NCBI GenBank assembly: GCA_040290225.1
Contig: PSMS01000001.1
Span: 1 to 48,655, forward strand
Source: Patescibacteria group bacterium
GTDB lineage: Bacteria; Patescibacteriota; Minisyncoccia; UBA6257; HR35
Direction of reading: 5' to 3'
Length of the DNA: 48,655 nt
The translations under genes were made by a program, and so were the position numbers. This document shows, in pieces, positions 19,801 to 27,277 of this stretch. The notes beneath the pieces are model-generated. The model searched no databases and was not told the origin of the DNA. It was given only the letters and a program-made list of their open reading frames with translations. Position 1 is the stretch's first letter. The number at the start of each line of letters is the position of its first letter.

Positions 19801-20051
19801 TTATAATATCTTGCTTCTTCTTCACTGTAACGTGGTTCTCCAATTTCGTAACCCAAAAATTCTAATTTTAATTCTTTTTCTGAATAATCGTAAATAGGGA
19901 AAAATTCCTCAAAAACTCTTTTAAGTCCTATTTTTAAAAAATCATCAAAAGACTTTTTAATATCCTCCAATAAATAAGGAGGTTCTAAAAAAGAATATTT
20001 TGAAAAATTTTTAAAATTAATCATTAAAGGAGGAAACAAGCCCCTTGTCAA
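16797..20051 (-). CDS. rpoB: DNA-directed RNA polymerase subunit beta (the track start is TTG; the ATG at 20024 is an alternative start)
   Basis: GDIPIMTERGSFIINGNERVIV, the rifampicin-region-like segment SQLVDQTSPLSEI, NRHGNKGV and GGQRIGEMEMWALEAHGA. Confidence 0.96.
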   Translation of the reverse strand: MTRGLFPPLMINFKNFSKYSFLEPPYLLEDIKKSFDDFLKIGLKRVFEEFFPIYDYSEKELKLEFLGYEIGEPRYSEEEARYYKVNYSAPLKVNLKLINLVTKEEKIQKIYFGDIPIMTERGSFIINGNERVIVNQLLRSPGIYFSYLLYGDKKKFGAKLIPKQGAWLEFQVELLNVLQVRIDRRKKFPVTVLLKAFGFENNEEIYNTFKDLETPENPIITLTLKKDSTENREEALLEIHRKMKPTEPNNYDNAVFYFENTFLNPSRYNLSPVGRYHLNRRLNRDSNSLVLEKEDLIAIVQEILRLQSDPLTTADDMDSLFNRRIRNVHELLEDQLRIALSRLKRDIQDRMTAVDKNEQLLPSQIVYSRKFINTILEFFNISRLSQLVDQTSPLSEIEIKRRITTSGPGGVSKERAGLEVRDVHPSHYGRICPIHTPHEGQSIGLTLHKSLYAKLNEYGFLITPYFKVKNRKITDEIVWLTYDQELKEVIATKTVRINEKGEILDDYVDARIKGEPGIAKAEDITLIEVSPFQIFSLSTSLIPFGNHDDANRLQMGSNMQKQAVPLIKPDIPLVMTGLEAKVAKESGRITVSEVNGRVVEVDADHITIETEDKKRVIYKLRKFDMTSKYTCYNEKPRVKLGQKVKKGDVLTDGPAIKDGYLALGQNLLVGFLPWYGYNFEDAIIISERLLKDDIFTSIYIEDFMVDVVDTKLGPETTTNDIPGVREEKLANLDIDGIVRIGTYVKAGDILVGKITPKKAEELTPEEKLLKTIFGEKVEEFKDTSLNLEPGKEGRVIGVKILERSKGEISEIGVIKRIFVRIAKLRKIQVGDKLANRHGNKGVISLILKEEDMPFLPDGRRLDIILNPLGIISRMNVGQILELLLGTAANNLGYHAIVPPFSGPTPEEIAEELKKAGLPEDGKTILCDGLTGEPFKEKVLVGYMTIIKLVHMVEDKFHARSVGPYSLITQQPLGGRARFGGQRIGEMEMWALEAHGATENIQEVLTIKSDDIKGRMIAYENIVKGGEVNYISFPNAFLVLINELKGLGLNVEIHYKEKKEEKPPTLEEKLVEVPLKPEEAQNESN

Positions 20052-20098
20052 ATATTTTAGTTTCTAAAATATTGTCATTTAAATTTTAATCTTTAAGC

Positions 20099-20128
20099 AT
20101 TATAACACACTTTTTTATTTTTTGTCAA
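20099..20128 (-). promoter_or_regulatory. Sigma70-type promoter candidate for rpoBC: TTGACA-18 nt-TATAAT with an extended -10 TG
   Basis: The reverse strand reads TTGACAaaaaataaaaaagtgTGtTATAAT. It lies between tRNA-Ser and the rpoB start, with the -10 about 45-70 nt upstream of the candidate starts. Confidence 0.5.
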
Positions 20129-20148
20129 CAATTTTTTTACTATTAAGG

Positions 20149-20233
20149 CGGAGGGGGTGGGACTCGAACCCACAAGGCCACATGGGCCACCGGTTTTCAA
20201 GACCGGCGCATTAGCCAATTCTGCCACCCCTCC
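20149..20233 (-). tRNA. tRNA-Ser (anticodon UGA), long variable arm
   Basis: The reverse complement GGAGGGGTGGCAGAATTGGCTAATGCGCCGGTCTTGAAAACCGGTGGCCCATGTGGCCTTGTGGGTTCGAGTCCCACCCCCTCCG folds as a cloverleaf. The anticodon loop is CT-TGA-AA. No CCA is encoded. Confidence 0.9.
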
Positions 20234-20235
20234 AT

Positions 20236-20307
20236 CGCCCCCAACCGGATTCGAACCGGTATTTCTGCCCTGAGAAGGCAGTGTCCTAACCATTAGACGA
20301 TGGGGGC
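20236..20307 (-). tRNA. tRNA-Glu (anticodon CUC)
   Basis: The reverse complement is GCCCCCATCGTCTAATGGTTAGGACACTGCCTTCTCAGGGCAGAAATACCGGTTCGAATCCGGTTGGGGGCG. The anticodon loop is TT-CTC-AG. Confidence 0.88.
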
Positions 20308-20310
20308 TTT

Positions 20311-20394
20311 TGCCCCGGGAGGGACTCGAACCCTCACAGCCAGATGGCTACTGGTCCCTAAAACCAGCGCGTCTTCCAATTCCGCCACCGGGGC
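20311..20394 (-). tRNA. tRNA-Leu (anticodon UAG), long variable arm
   Basis: The reverse complement is GCCCCGGTGGCGGAATTGGAAGACGCGCTGGTTTTAGGGACCAGTAGCCATCTGGCTGTGAGGGTTCGAGTCCCTCCCGGGGCA. The anticodon loop is TT-TAG-GG. Confidence 0.9.
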
Positions 20395-20399
20395 AAATT

Positions 20400-20648
20400 T
20401 TACTTAAAAATATTTCTAATCAACAAAGGTATAGTCAAGGAAAGAAAAACCAAAAGAATTCCTATTATTAAAGGTAAAAATCTTGAATGAACTTCTTTTG
20501 CCTCTCCTTTTATATATTTTATACCAAGCCAGATAATTAAACCAACTAAAAAAAATAAAATTAACTTAAAAGCTAAACTAAATACGTTTGACAAAAGATT
20601 TTCAAAGTCAGTAATAAGAATGCCTTGTCCTTGACCTTGTTGTTTCAT
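20400..20648 (-). CDS. Small 2-TM protein: minimal TM-loop-TM core of the pilin-like array (array member 6; no signal peptide, no Cys pair)
   Basis: FKLILFFLVGLIIWLGIKYI - KGEAKEVHSR - FLPLIIGILLVFLSLTIPLLI. The stop is 5 nt from tRNA-Leu. Confidence 0.6.
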   Translation of the reverse strand: MKQQGQGQGILITDFENLLSNVFSLAFKLILFFLVGLIIWLGIKYIKGEAKEVHSRFLPLIIGILLVFLSLTIPLLIRNIFK

Positions 20649-20689
20649 AAAAATATTATAAACTTCTTAACTTATAAAGAAAAGTTCAA

Positions 20690-21358
20690 TTATTTTAACA
20701 ATTGTTTTGAACTTCTAAAGAAAAGTTCAATTAATTTAACAATGGTAAAGGATAAAATAGCAACAACAACTCCAATAATTATATAAAGAATATTTTTATG
20801 AAGTTCTTTTGATTTTTCTGGATAATATATATAATTGTAACCTGTCCAAATTAGAAAAAAAACAGCTAAAAACAAAGCTAACCAATAAACAGCTTTTAAA
20901 ATTTGGGAAATTAGATAAAATAAACAAATTTTCCAAGCATCTTGAGGAAGTTCTGTTGTTATTAAAGATGACTTAATTGTAACTCCTCCGCAATTTATTG
21001 AAGTTGGTGGTTTAATTGTTGGTAATTGTTGAGCAAAAACATAATTAATTAAAAAAATTCCTTGCAAACTAACTTTTCCTTTGGTTATTATCTTTTCTAT
21101 AAAAACAATTAAAGAAAATGAAAGTAAAGCAATTACAAATCCAACAATAGCCCAAATTATTCTTTCATGTGTTTTTTTAGCTTCTTCTGGTTTCGAAGCA
21201 TATAAAATCCCTGCATAAATTAACATAAAAGTAGCAAATATCATAGAAAACCACATAGAAAATTTTAAAGCAAGTGTAACAAAACCCAAAATACATTCCC
21301 AAAAATTATCCACACATAAAATTGGAGGTAAAGGAGAAAAACTTGTAGCTAAACCCAT
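20690..21358 (-). CDS. Fusion of two pilin-like modules in one ORF (array member 5)
   Basis: Module A: CVDNFWEC, TM, ASKPEEAKKTHE, TM. The linker holds a relic signal-peptide-like segment, IFLINYVFAQQ. Module B: CGG...WKIC, TM, YYPEKSKELHK, TM. Confidence 0.65.
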   Translation of the reverse strand: MGLATSFSPLPPILCVDNFWECILGFVTLALKFSMWFSMIFATFMLIYAGILYASKPEEAKKTHERIIWAIVGFVIALLSFSLIVFIEKIITKGKVSLQGIFLINYVFAQQLPTIKPPTSINCGGVTIKSSLITTELPQDAWKICLFYLISQILKAVYWLALFLAVFFLIWTGYNYIYYPEKSKELHKNILYIIIGVVVAILSFTIVKLIELFFRSSKQLLK

Positions 21359-21371
21359 TTATTTTTTGTTT

Positions 21372-21752
21372 TTAGAATTGTCCTCTTCTAATAACACCTT
21401 CAAGAAATAGAATTATTGCCCAAGAAAGCAAAACAACTACAGCGCCAACAGCAGCATAAATTAATTTATTTTTAATTTTTTTTATCTTTTCAGGATCACC
21501 TCCGTGAGTAGCAAAACTAAAACCAGCTGAAGCTAAGTGATAAGCTACCCAAACCATCCCTGCAACTATTACAAATCTAAGAAAAATTGTTGCTAATCGA
21601 GCAAAACATTGACCTACAGTATCTCCTGGCTCACAAAATCTAAATAAAGGAATTTGAAAGTTTATTGGATTGGGAACTTCTGATTGTGAAAGCGACAAAT
21701 AAAAAGGAGAAAGTAATAATAAGACTAAAAGAAATATTGAAAATGTTTTCAT
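21372..21752 (-). CDS. Small exported protein with TrbC/VirB2-pilin-like layout (array member 4)
   Basis: Signal peptide MKTFSIFLLVLLLLSPFYLSLSQS, Cys pair CEPGDTVGQC, TM, loop THGGDPEKIKKIKNK, TM (LIYAAVGAVVVLLSWAIILFL). Confidence 0.65.
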   Translation of the reverse strand: MKTFSIFLLVLLLLSPFYLSLSQSEVPNPINFQIPLFRFCEPGDTVGQCFARLATIFLRFVIVAGMVWVAYHLASAGFSFATHGGDPEKIKKIKNKLIYAAVGAVVVLLSWAIILFLEGVIRRGQF

Positions 21753-21831
21753 TAATTAAATAAATATTTTAATTCGACCTTTTTATTTATTTTAAAAAAT
21801 TTTTTATATTTTTTCAAAAAATTGTTAATAA

Positions 21832-22233
21832 TTATGGACCGCCGATAATTGCTCTAATAAATGTAAAAATACCTGAAATTATTAGTAAAATTACATAACC
21901 TAAAATAGCTTCTTTAATATATCGCCAACCAACATCTCGAAAATCTGGTTTTAACCAAATTAAAAGAAAATAAAATCCTCCAATTATTATTAAAATCGTC
22001 AAAATAATTGGACTTATATCTAATATAAATTTCCAGATAGTTGCTATTAATTCAAGCAACGGAATGAAAGCACAAGAATCATCTTTAGGAGCAGTACCAA
22101 ATATTCCAGGAGGACAAACGCTAATTGTTGTCTTTGTCCAAGTCACTTTAACCTCACCAGGTGTTATTGTAGCTCCAAAAGCAAAATTAAATATTAATAA
22201 GAAAAATAAAACAAAAAAAATTATTTTTCTCAT
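21832..22233 (-). CDS. Small exported protein, pilin-like layout (array member 3)
   Basis: Signal peptide ending in FAFGA, Cys pair CPPGIFGTAPKDDSC, TM, loop KPDFRDVGWRY, TM. ATGA overlap with member 2. Confidence 0.6.
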   Translation of the reverse strand: MRKIIFFVLFFLLIFNFAFGATITPGEVKVTWTKTTISVCPPGIFGTAPKDDSCAFIPLLELIATIWKFILDISPIILTILIIIGGFYFLLIWLKPDFRDVGWRYIKEAILGYVILLIISGIFTFIRAIIGGP

Positions 22234-22625
22234 TTACCAAAAATTATCCTTTCTATCTGCGCCCTTATAAGATCTCCTAATAAAACAATAACTAAACCAA
22301 TTGGTGCCCAAATTAAAATTTTCCATGCTGTTGAAATTTGTTTAAGTCCAAAAAATGGTGTAGAAATTAAATAAATAGCTGCAGCTATAAAAGAAATAAC
22401 AAGTAAAATAATAGCTAAACTTTTTAGAAGTTTTAAAACATCAAAAATGCATCTTATTATCTTGTCAAGTGGACTATCCGCTCCTTCGCCGCATTTTAAT
22501 GCTTGGTAAATTGGAGAAGTAAAATAACCAATAACTTGATAAAAAGGATCGGAATCGTTTGTTTGCTGGGCTAAAACGAATTGAATTATTATAAAAATTG
22601 TTATAAATAAAAAAATTTTTTTCAT
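22230..22625 (-). CDS. Small exported protein, pilin-like layout (array member 2)
   Basis: Signal peptide ending in FVLAQQ, Cys pair CGEGADSPLDKIIRC, TM (LAIILLVISFIAAAIYLI), loop, TM (ILIWAPIGLVIVLLG). Confidence 0.6.
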   Translation of the reverse strand: MKKIFLFITIFIIIQFVLAQQTNDSDPFYQVIGYFTSPIYQALKCGEGADSPLDKIIRCIFDVLKLLKSLAIILLVISFIAAAIYLISTPFFGLKQISTAWKILIWAPIGLVIVLLGDLIRAQIERIIFGK

Positions 22626-22638
22626 TTAATTTTATATT

Positions 22639-23052
22639 TTAATTTTGCGGATATCTTAATTTCGGTGAAAATATATTTAAAACTGCTAAAAAAATAGCTG
22701 CTGAAGAAACAACTAATATAAAACCAATAATAGAAGTTTTTATCATATTCTTTCCTCTTTGGGCCAAATTTGGAAAAGGACCACCAAACATCCACAAAAA
22801 AGCACCAATAACTGAAATTATTAAAGCTGCCCAAAAGCTGATAAAAATTAAAAATTTCATAAATTCAGGAATAGAATTTAAAAGATCTTGAACAGTGCAT
22901 GGATCGTTTTGGCATTTTATAAATCCTCCAGCTAAACTTGGTCCAGATGATGTTTGACCTCCTCCTCCACCTGGCCCTGGTTCAACAGCAGCATAAGATA
23001 AAAGAAAGTTTGCAAGACTAAATAAAAACAATAAAAAAATTATTTTTTTCAT
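22639..23052 (-). CDS. Small exported protein, pilin-like layout (array member 1)
   Basis: Signal peptide ending in LSYAA, Gly-rich stretch PGPGGGGGQTSSGPS, Cys pair CQNDPC, TM, loop GGPFPNLAQRGKN, TM. ATGA overlap with the upstream gene. Confidence 0.6.
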   Translation of the reverse strand: MKKIIFLLFLFSLANFLLSYAAVEPGPGGGGGQTSSGPSLAGGFIKCQNDPCTVQDLLNSIPEFMKFLIFISFWAALIISVIGAFLWMFGGPFPNLAQRGKNMIKTSIIGFILVVSSAAIFLAVLNIFSPKLRYPQN

Positions 23053-24233
23053 CTTTCAATTAAATCTAATTTTAATCTAAAAATTTCATTTTTTGCTTCT
23101 TCAGGATTATTTTCCCAAATATCAAAAACTTTATCAAAATCTTGATATTGTGGTTGTAAAATAATGCTTTCATAAGTAGAACCGTATTTAGCTAAATCTA
23201 GTATTCTGATTTTTTCTTGAGATAAATTAGGTAAATTTTTATTAGGAATTAAATCATAATCTTCTGCTAATTGAAGATATTTTTTTTCAATTAAAGTTTT
23301 TAAAAATTCTAAAGCATATTTTTTATTTTTACTTTCATTAGGAATTACAAAATAATAAACCTTAACAAAGTTTTTAGCTTTTGGAGGAAAAGTATTAATT
23401 GGACTTGGATAAATTGAAAAATTTAATCTCGGATTAAGATCGGAAATTTCTTTTTTGTCTCTATAAAAACCAATATAAAAAACTAATTTTCCTTCGGCAA
23501 ACATATTAATATCTTGATTTTCTGGTTTAAAAGAAAAAAATTCATTTTGGGGGTTAGTATAAGAAAAGAATGTTTCTAAAATATCAGATGGAAACTTTTC
23601 TAAAATAGAATTCATTACTAAAACAATTTCCTTTTTATTTTTTACTTTACTACTTCCTAAACCAATCGCGTAATAATTTAAATAGCCTTTAGAATTAAAT
23701 TCTTTAATGAAGTTATTCAATTCTTCTAAAGTTTGTGGAGGTGATTTTCCTAAAAAATCTAAAATTTCTTTATTAGCAAAAAGAACTAAAGTATCTATAA
23801 ACAAAGGATAACCAAATTTTTCTTTTTCATCAACAAAAATTAAACCAGAAATTTTATAATCATTAGGTATTTGATAGAGAAAGTTATTATTTTTAGAAAC
23901 AAAAATATTATCAGCAAAAATAATATCAGGAACATTTTTTGAAGCTAAAGAATAAATAAAATCTTCGTTAATTTTATCTAAACTTTTTTCTTCAATATTA
24001 ATTTTTAAACAATAATATCTTTCAATTGGTTCAATAATTGAACTTAATTTTTCTTTTTCAAAAGGAAACCAAATAGTTAAATTAGCTCCAAAGCAGTGAG
24101 GAGGTTTTTTAGGTTTAGGAAAAAGAACATTTTTAAAAATAAAAAAGAAAAGGAATAAAAAAACTAAACTACCAATAATTAATTGAAATTTAACATCTGT
24201 TTTTATTTTTTCCTTTAGTTCTTCTAAATTCAT
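23049..24233 (-). CDS. Membrane-anchored protein resembling a family-1 extracellular solute-binding protein
   Basis: N-terminal TM (FQLIIGSLVFLFLFFFIF), then LTIWFPFE, VPDIIFADN, LFANKEILDFLGKSPPQTLEEL and GKLVFYIGF, which recall the MalE-type SBP fold. No permease or ATPase gene is adjacent. Confidence 0.45.
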   Translation of the reverse strand: MNLEELKEKIKTDVKFQLIIGSLVFLFLFFFIFKNVLFPKPKKPPHCFGANLTIWFPFEKEKLSSIIEPIERYYCLKINIEEKSLDKINEDFIYSLASKNVPDIIFADNIFVSKNNNFLYQIPNDYKISGLIFVDEKEKFGYPLFIDTLVLFANKEILDFLGKSPPQTLEELNNFIKEFNSKGYLNYYAIGLGSSKVKNKKEIVLVMNSILEKFPSDILETFFSYTNPQNEFFSFKPENQDINMFAEGKLVFYIGFYRDKKEISDLNPRLNFSIYPSPINTFPPKAKNFVKVYYFVIPNESKNKKYALEFLKTLIEKKYLQLAEDYDLIPNKNLPNLSQEKIRILDLAKYGSTYESIILQPQYQDFDKVFDIWENNPEEAKNEIFRLKLDLIER

Positions 24234-24751
24234 TTTTCAAAAATTAACAAAAAATAAGCACCCCAATCTCTATCTTCTATTATTTTAAAACCAATATTTT
24301 TACAAATTTCTTCAATTTTTTCTTGAGGATGAACATTTTGACCTGAAAAAAGAAAATTTGATTCTTTTGGTTCATAGATTATTAAAAGACCGTTATTTTT
24401 TAAAACTCTATAAGCTTCTTTTAATATTAATTCAGGGTTTTCAGATTGATATAAAACTTGAGAAATAAAAACAAAATCTACACTATTATTTTCTAAGCCG
24501 CTATTTTTTTCTAAATCCTGTTTTAAAAATCTTATATTTTTTATTTTGAAATTATTAGCGAATTCTTTAGCTTCATTTAAAACATCTTCTTGGATATCAA
24601 TAGCATAAATTAAACCTTGGGGTCCAACAATATTAGCCAAAAGAACAGAAAAATAACCAGAACCACAACCAAAGTCCGCTCCATTCATTCCTGAATGAAG
24701 ATAACCTTTTTCTTTTAAAAAATTAATAATTTCTCCTGGTCGAGTAAACAT
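24230..24751 (-). CDS. Class I SAM-dependent methyltransferase (substrate unknown)
   Basis: ADFGCGSGYFSVLLA (motif I), IYAIDIQ, VDFVFISQVL and LKNNGLLIIYEP. Confidence 0.8.
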   Translation of the reverse strand: MFTRPGEIINFLKEKGYLHSGMNGADFGCGSGYFSVLLANIVGPQGLIYAIDIQEDVLNEAKEFANNFKIKNIRFLKQDLEKNSGLENNSVDFVFISQVLYQSENPELILKEAYRVLKNNGLLIIYEPKESNFLFSGQNVHPQEKIEEICKNIGFKIIEDRDWGAYFLLIFEK

Positions 24752-27073
24752 TTAAAATAAAAACACATTTTTAATTTCATTAACACTTTCTAATTTTTTA
24801 GGAGCGTTAGTTCTTTTAATCAATGGAATATTTTTTAAATTAACTCTTTTGATTTCTCCATCACTAATTACAATCTCTTTTTCTTCTTCAATATCTTTAA
24901 CAAAAATTAAATTTCCATATTTTTCCTTTTCAAAAACAAAAATTCCTTTACCTCCTCTGTTTTGAATTTTGATTTCTTTTAGATCTATTAATTTAACAAA
25001 ACCCTTATTAAAAATAAATAACATTTTATTTCCTTTTTTAGAACCCGCAAAAATAATCTCTCCTTTCATCCCTCTAACTCCTCGAGCATTTCTTTTTTGT
25101 AAAGGCAAATTATCTTTAAAAATTAAAATATTTCCTTCCTGACTAATTAACCAAATTTCTTCGCCTCCTTTTAAATTAAATCCTGCAACAACTTCATCAT
25201 TTGTTTCTAATTTAATAGCTTGAACTCCTGTTTTTCTATTAGAAATAACATCTTCACAATTTATTTTTTTTATCAAGCCCTTTTTTGTTACTAAAATAAG
25301 ATTTTTAAACTTAACTGGAAATATATTAATTATTCTTTCATCTTTTTCTAAACTAATCGGCGTTTCTAAATATTTATTTTTAGAATTTAAGTAAAAATAA
25401 ACAGGTAAAGTATAAATTTTGCCCTTTTGAGAAATTGCTAAAATTTTTTCTTTGGTCGAGATTAAAAACAAATTCTTAGGAAACTCATCTTTATTTAATA
25501 ATTTATTAACATCTAATTTTTCTGGATCAATTAAAGAAACCTGGTTTTTCGAATTAACCCAAAAGAAAACAGTTTTTTCTATAATCTCTTCTTTTTTTGT
25601 TTCAATTTCTTCTTCAATTATTTTAGTTAATCTTTCAGAGGGATATTTTTTGATAATTTCATCAGCTTCTTGAATAATTATTTCTTCAATTTTTTTAGGA
25701 TTTTTCAAAATCATTTCTAATTCTTGGATTAAACTTTTTCTTTGTTTTAATTCTTCTAAAATTTTATGTCTTTCCATTTGAGTTAAGGTTCGAAGGGGCA
25801 TTTCCAAAATAGCATCAGCCTGCTTTTCTGTTAATTTAAATTTCTTCATCAAATTTTCTAAAGCTTCTTTTCTATCTTTTGACTTTTTAATTGTTTCAAT
25901 GACTCTATCTAAATTTTCTAAAGCTTTATCAAAACCTTCTAACAAATGAACTCTTTCTTTATTTTTTTCTAAATCAAATTTTGTTTTTCTTTTAATAACT
26001 TCTTTTCGATGTTCTATCCAAGAAACAAGAATTTCTTTCAAACTAAAAATTTTTGGTTGGATCCCGTTTTCTAAAGCAATAGAATTAAAATAATAAATTT
26101 TTTGTAAAGAAGTTAAACGATAAAGATCTTCTTTTAATTTTTCAATATTAGAATTTGGCTTTATTTCAATAACTACTCTAATACCTTCTTTGTTTGATTC
26201 ATCTCTTACATCTTTAATTTCTTCAATAACTTTTTCTAAAGCTAAATTAGCTATTTCTTTTACTAAATCAGCTTTATTAACTTGCCAAGGTATTGATTTA
26301 ATAACTAAATATTCTTTTCCTCTTTTTGTTTCTTCTAAATCAATCTCTCCTCTGACAATTATTCCTCCCCTACCATCTTCATAAGCTTTTTCTAATCTTT
26401 TTCCTCCATAAACAAGACCACCTGTAGGAAAATCGGGACCTTTAATAATTTTTAACAATTCTTTATTAGAAATTTTTGGGTTTTTAATAATTTCTTTAAC
26501 AGCCAATAAAACTTCTGTTAAATTATGAGGGGGAATATTAGTAGCCATTCCTACAGCAATCCCTACAGAACCATTAATAATTAAATTAGGAATTTTTGCT
26601 GGTAAAACAACTGGTTCTTTATGGGTATTATCATAATTTGGTCTGAAATCAACAGTTTCTTTATCAATATCAGCTAACATTTCTTCAGCAAATTTTGAAA
26701 GTTTAGCCTCAGTATAACGATAAGCTGCTGGCGGATCACCATCAACTGAACCGAAATTTCCTTGACCAATAACCAAAGGATATCTTAAAGAAAAATCTTG
26801 AGCCATTCTAACCAAAGCTTCATAAACAGCCATATCACCGTGAGGATGGTAGCGAGCTATTGTGTTTCCCACAATATTAGCACATTTAGTAAATTTTTCA
26901 TTAGACCATAAACCCAATTCTTTCATTACATATAAAATTCTTCTTTGAACTGGTTTTAAACCATCACGAACATCAGGTAGAGCCCGAGAAACAATAACAG
27001 AAACAGCATAATCAAGATAAGATCTTTTAAGTTCTTCTGAAATTTCTTGAACAATTATTTTTAAATTTTTCAT
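24752..27073 (-). CDS. gyrA: DNA gyrase subunit A
   Basis: [30 protein letters not shown] (catalytic Tyr) and the GyrA-box-like QNRGGKG at aa 704-710. 773 aa. Confidence 0.93.
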   Translation of the reverse strand: MKNLKIIVQEISEELKRSYLDYAVSVIVSRALPDVRDGLKPVQRRILYVMKELGLWSNEKFTKCANIVGNTIARYHPHGDMAVYEALVRMAQDFSLRYPLVIGQGNFGSVDGDPPAAYRYTEAKLSKFAEEMLADIDKETVDFRPNYDNTHKEPVVLPAKIPNLIINGSVGIAVGMATNIPPHNLTEVLLAVKEIIKNPKISNKELLKIIKGPDFPTGGLVYGGKRLEKAYEDGRGGIIVRGEIDLEETKRGKEYLVIKSIPWQVNKADLVKEIANLALEKVIEEIKDVRDESNKEGIRVVIEIKPNSNIEKLKEDLYRLTSLQKIYYFNSIALENGIQPKIFSLKEILVSWIEHRKEVIKRKTKFDLEKNKERVHLLEGFDKALENLDRVIETIKKSKDRKEALENLMKKFKLTEKQADAILEMPLRTLTQMERHKILEELKQRKSLIQELEMILKNPKKIEEIIIQEADEIIKKYPSERLTKIIEEEIETKKEEIIEKTVFFWVNSKNQVSLIDPEKLDVNKLLNKDEFPKNLFLISTKEKILAISQKGKIYTLPVYFYLNSKNKYLETPISLEKDERIINIFPVKFKNLILVTKKGLIKKINCEDVISNRKTGVQAIKLETNDEVVAGFNLKGGEEIWLISQEGNILIFKDNLPLQKRNARGVRGMKGEIIFAGSKKGNKMLFIFNKGFVKLIDLKEIKIQNRGGKGIFVFEKEKYGNLIFVKDIEEEKEIVISDGEIKRVNLKNIPLIKRTNAPKKLESVNEIKNVFLF

Positions 27074-27276
27074 TATCTACCCAAAAAATCAGCTAAGGAA
27101 TTAAAAATCAAAGAAAGTCCTAATTGGAAATTTTTAAAAACAAAAGCTGTCACTTGGGCTATTGGAGCTGGTCCAGTATGAATACCATAAATTAAACTTC
27201 CACCACTAAGCCACCAAAGAAAAATTAAAAATGACATTAGCAAAGTTGCATAAATAAGAGGTTTTCTTTTTGTCAT
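27073..27276 (-). CDS. Small 2-TM membrane protein, unknown function
   Basis: Hydrophobic segments [17 protein letters not shown] and AQVTAFVF...LGLSLIF. TAATG overlap with the gyrA start. Confidence 0.4.
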   Translation of the reverse strand: MTKRKPLIYATLLMSFLIFLWWLSGGSLIYGIHTGPAPIAQVTAFVFKNFQLGLSLIFNSLADFLGR

Positions 27277-27277
27277 T

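Noticed and set aside
20093-20293. 66-aa track ORF on the minus strand
   Set aside because: It is read straight through tRNA-Ser and tRNA-Glu. The GC-rich tRNA sequence creates a stop-free frame.
22622-22834. 70-aa track ORF overlapping pilin-like array member 1 (also 22064..22270 on the plus strand)
   Set aside because: Both are alternative-frame or antisense shadows inside array genes that have coherent signal-peptide/TM architecture.
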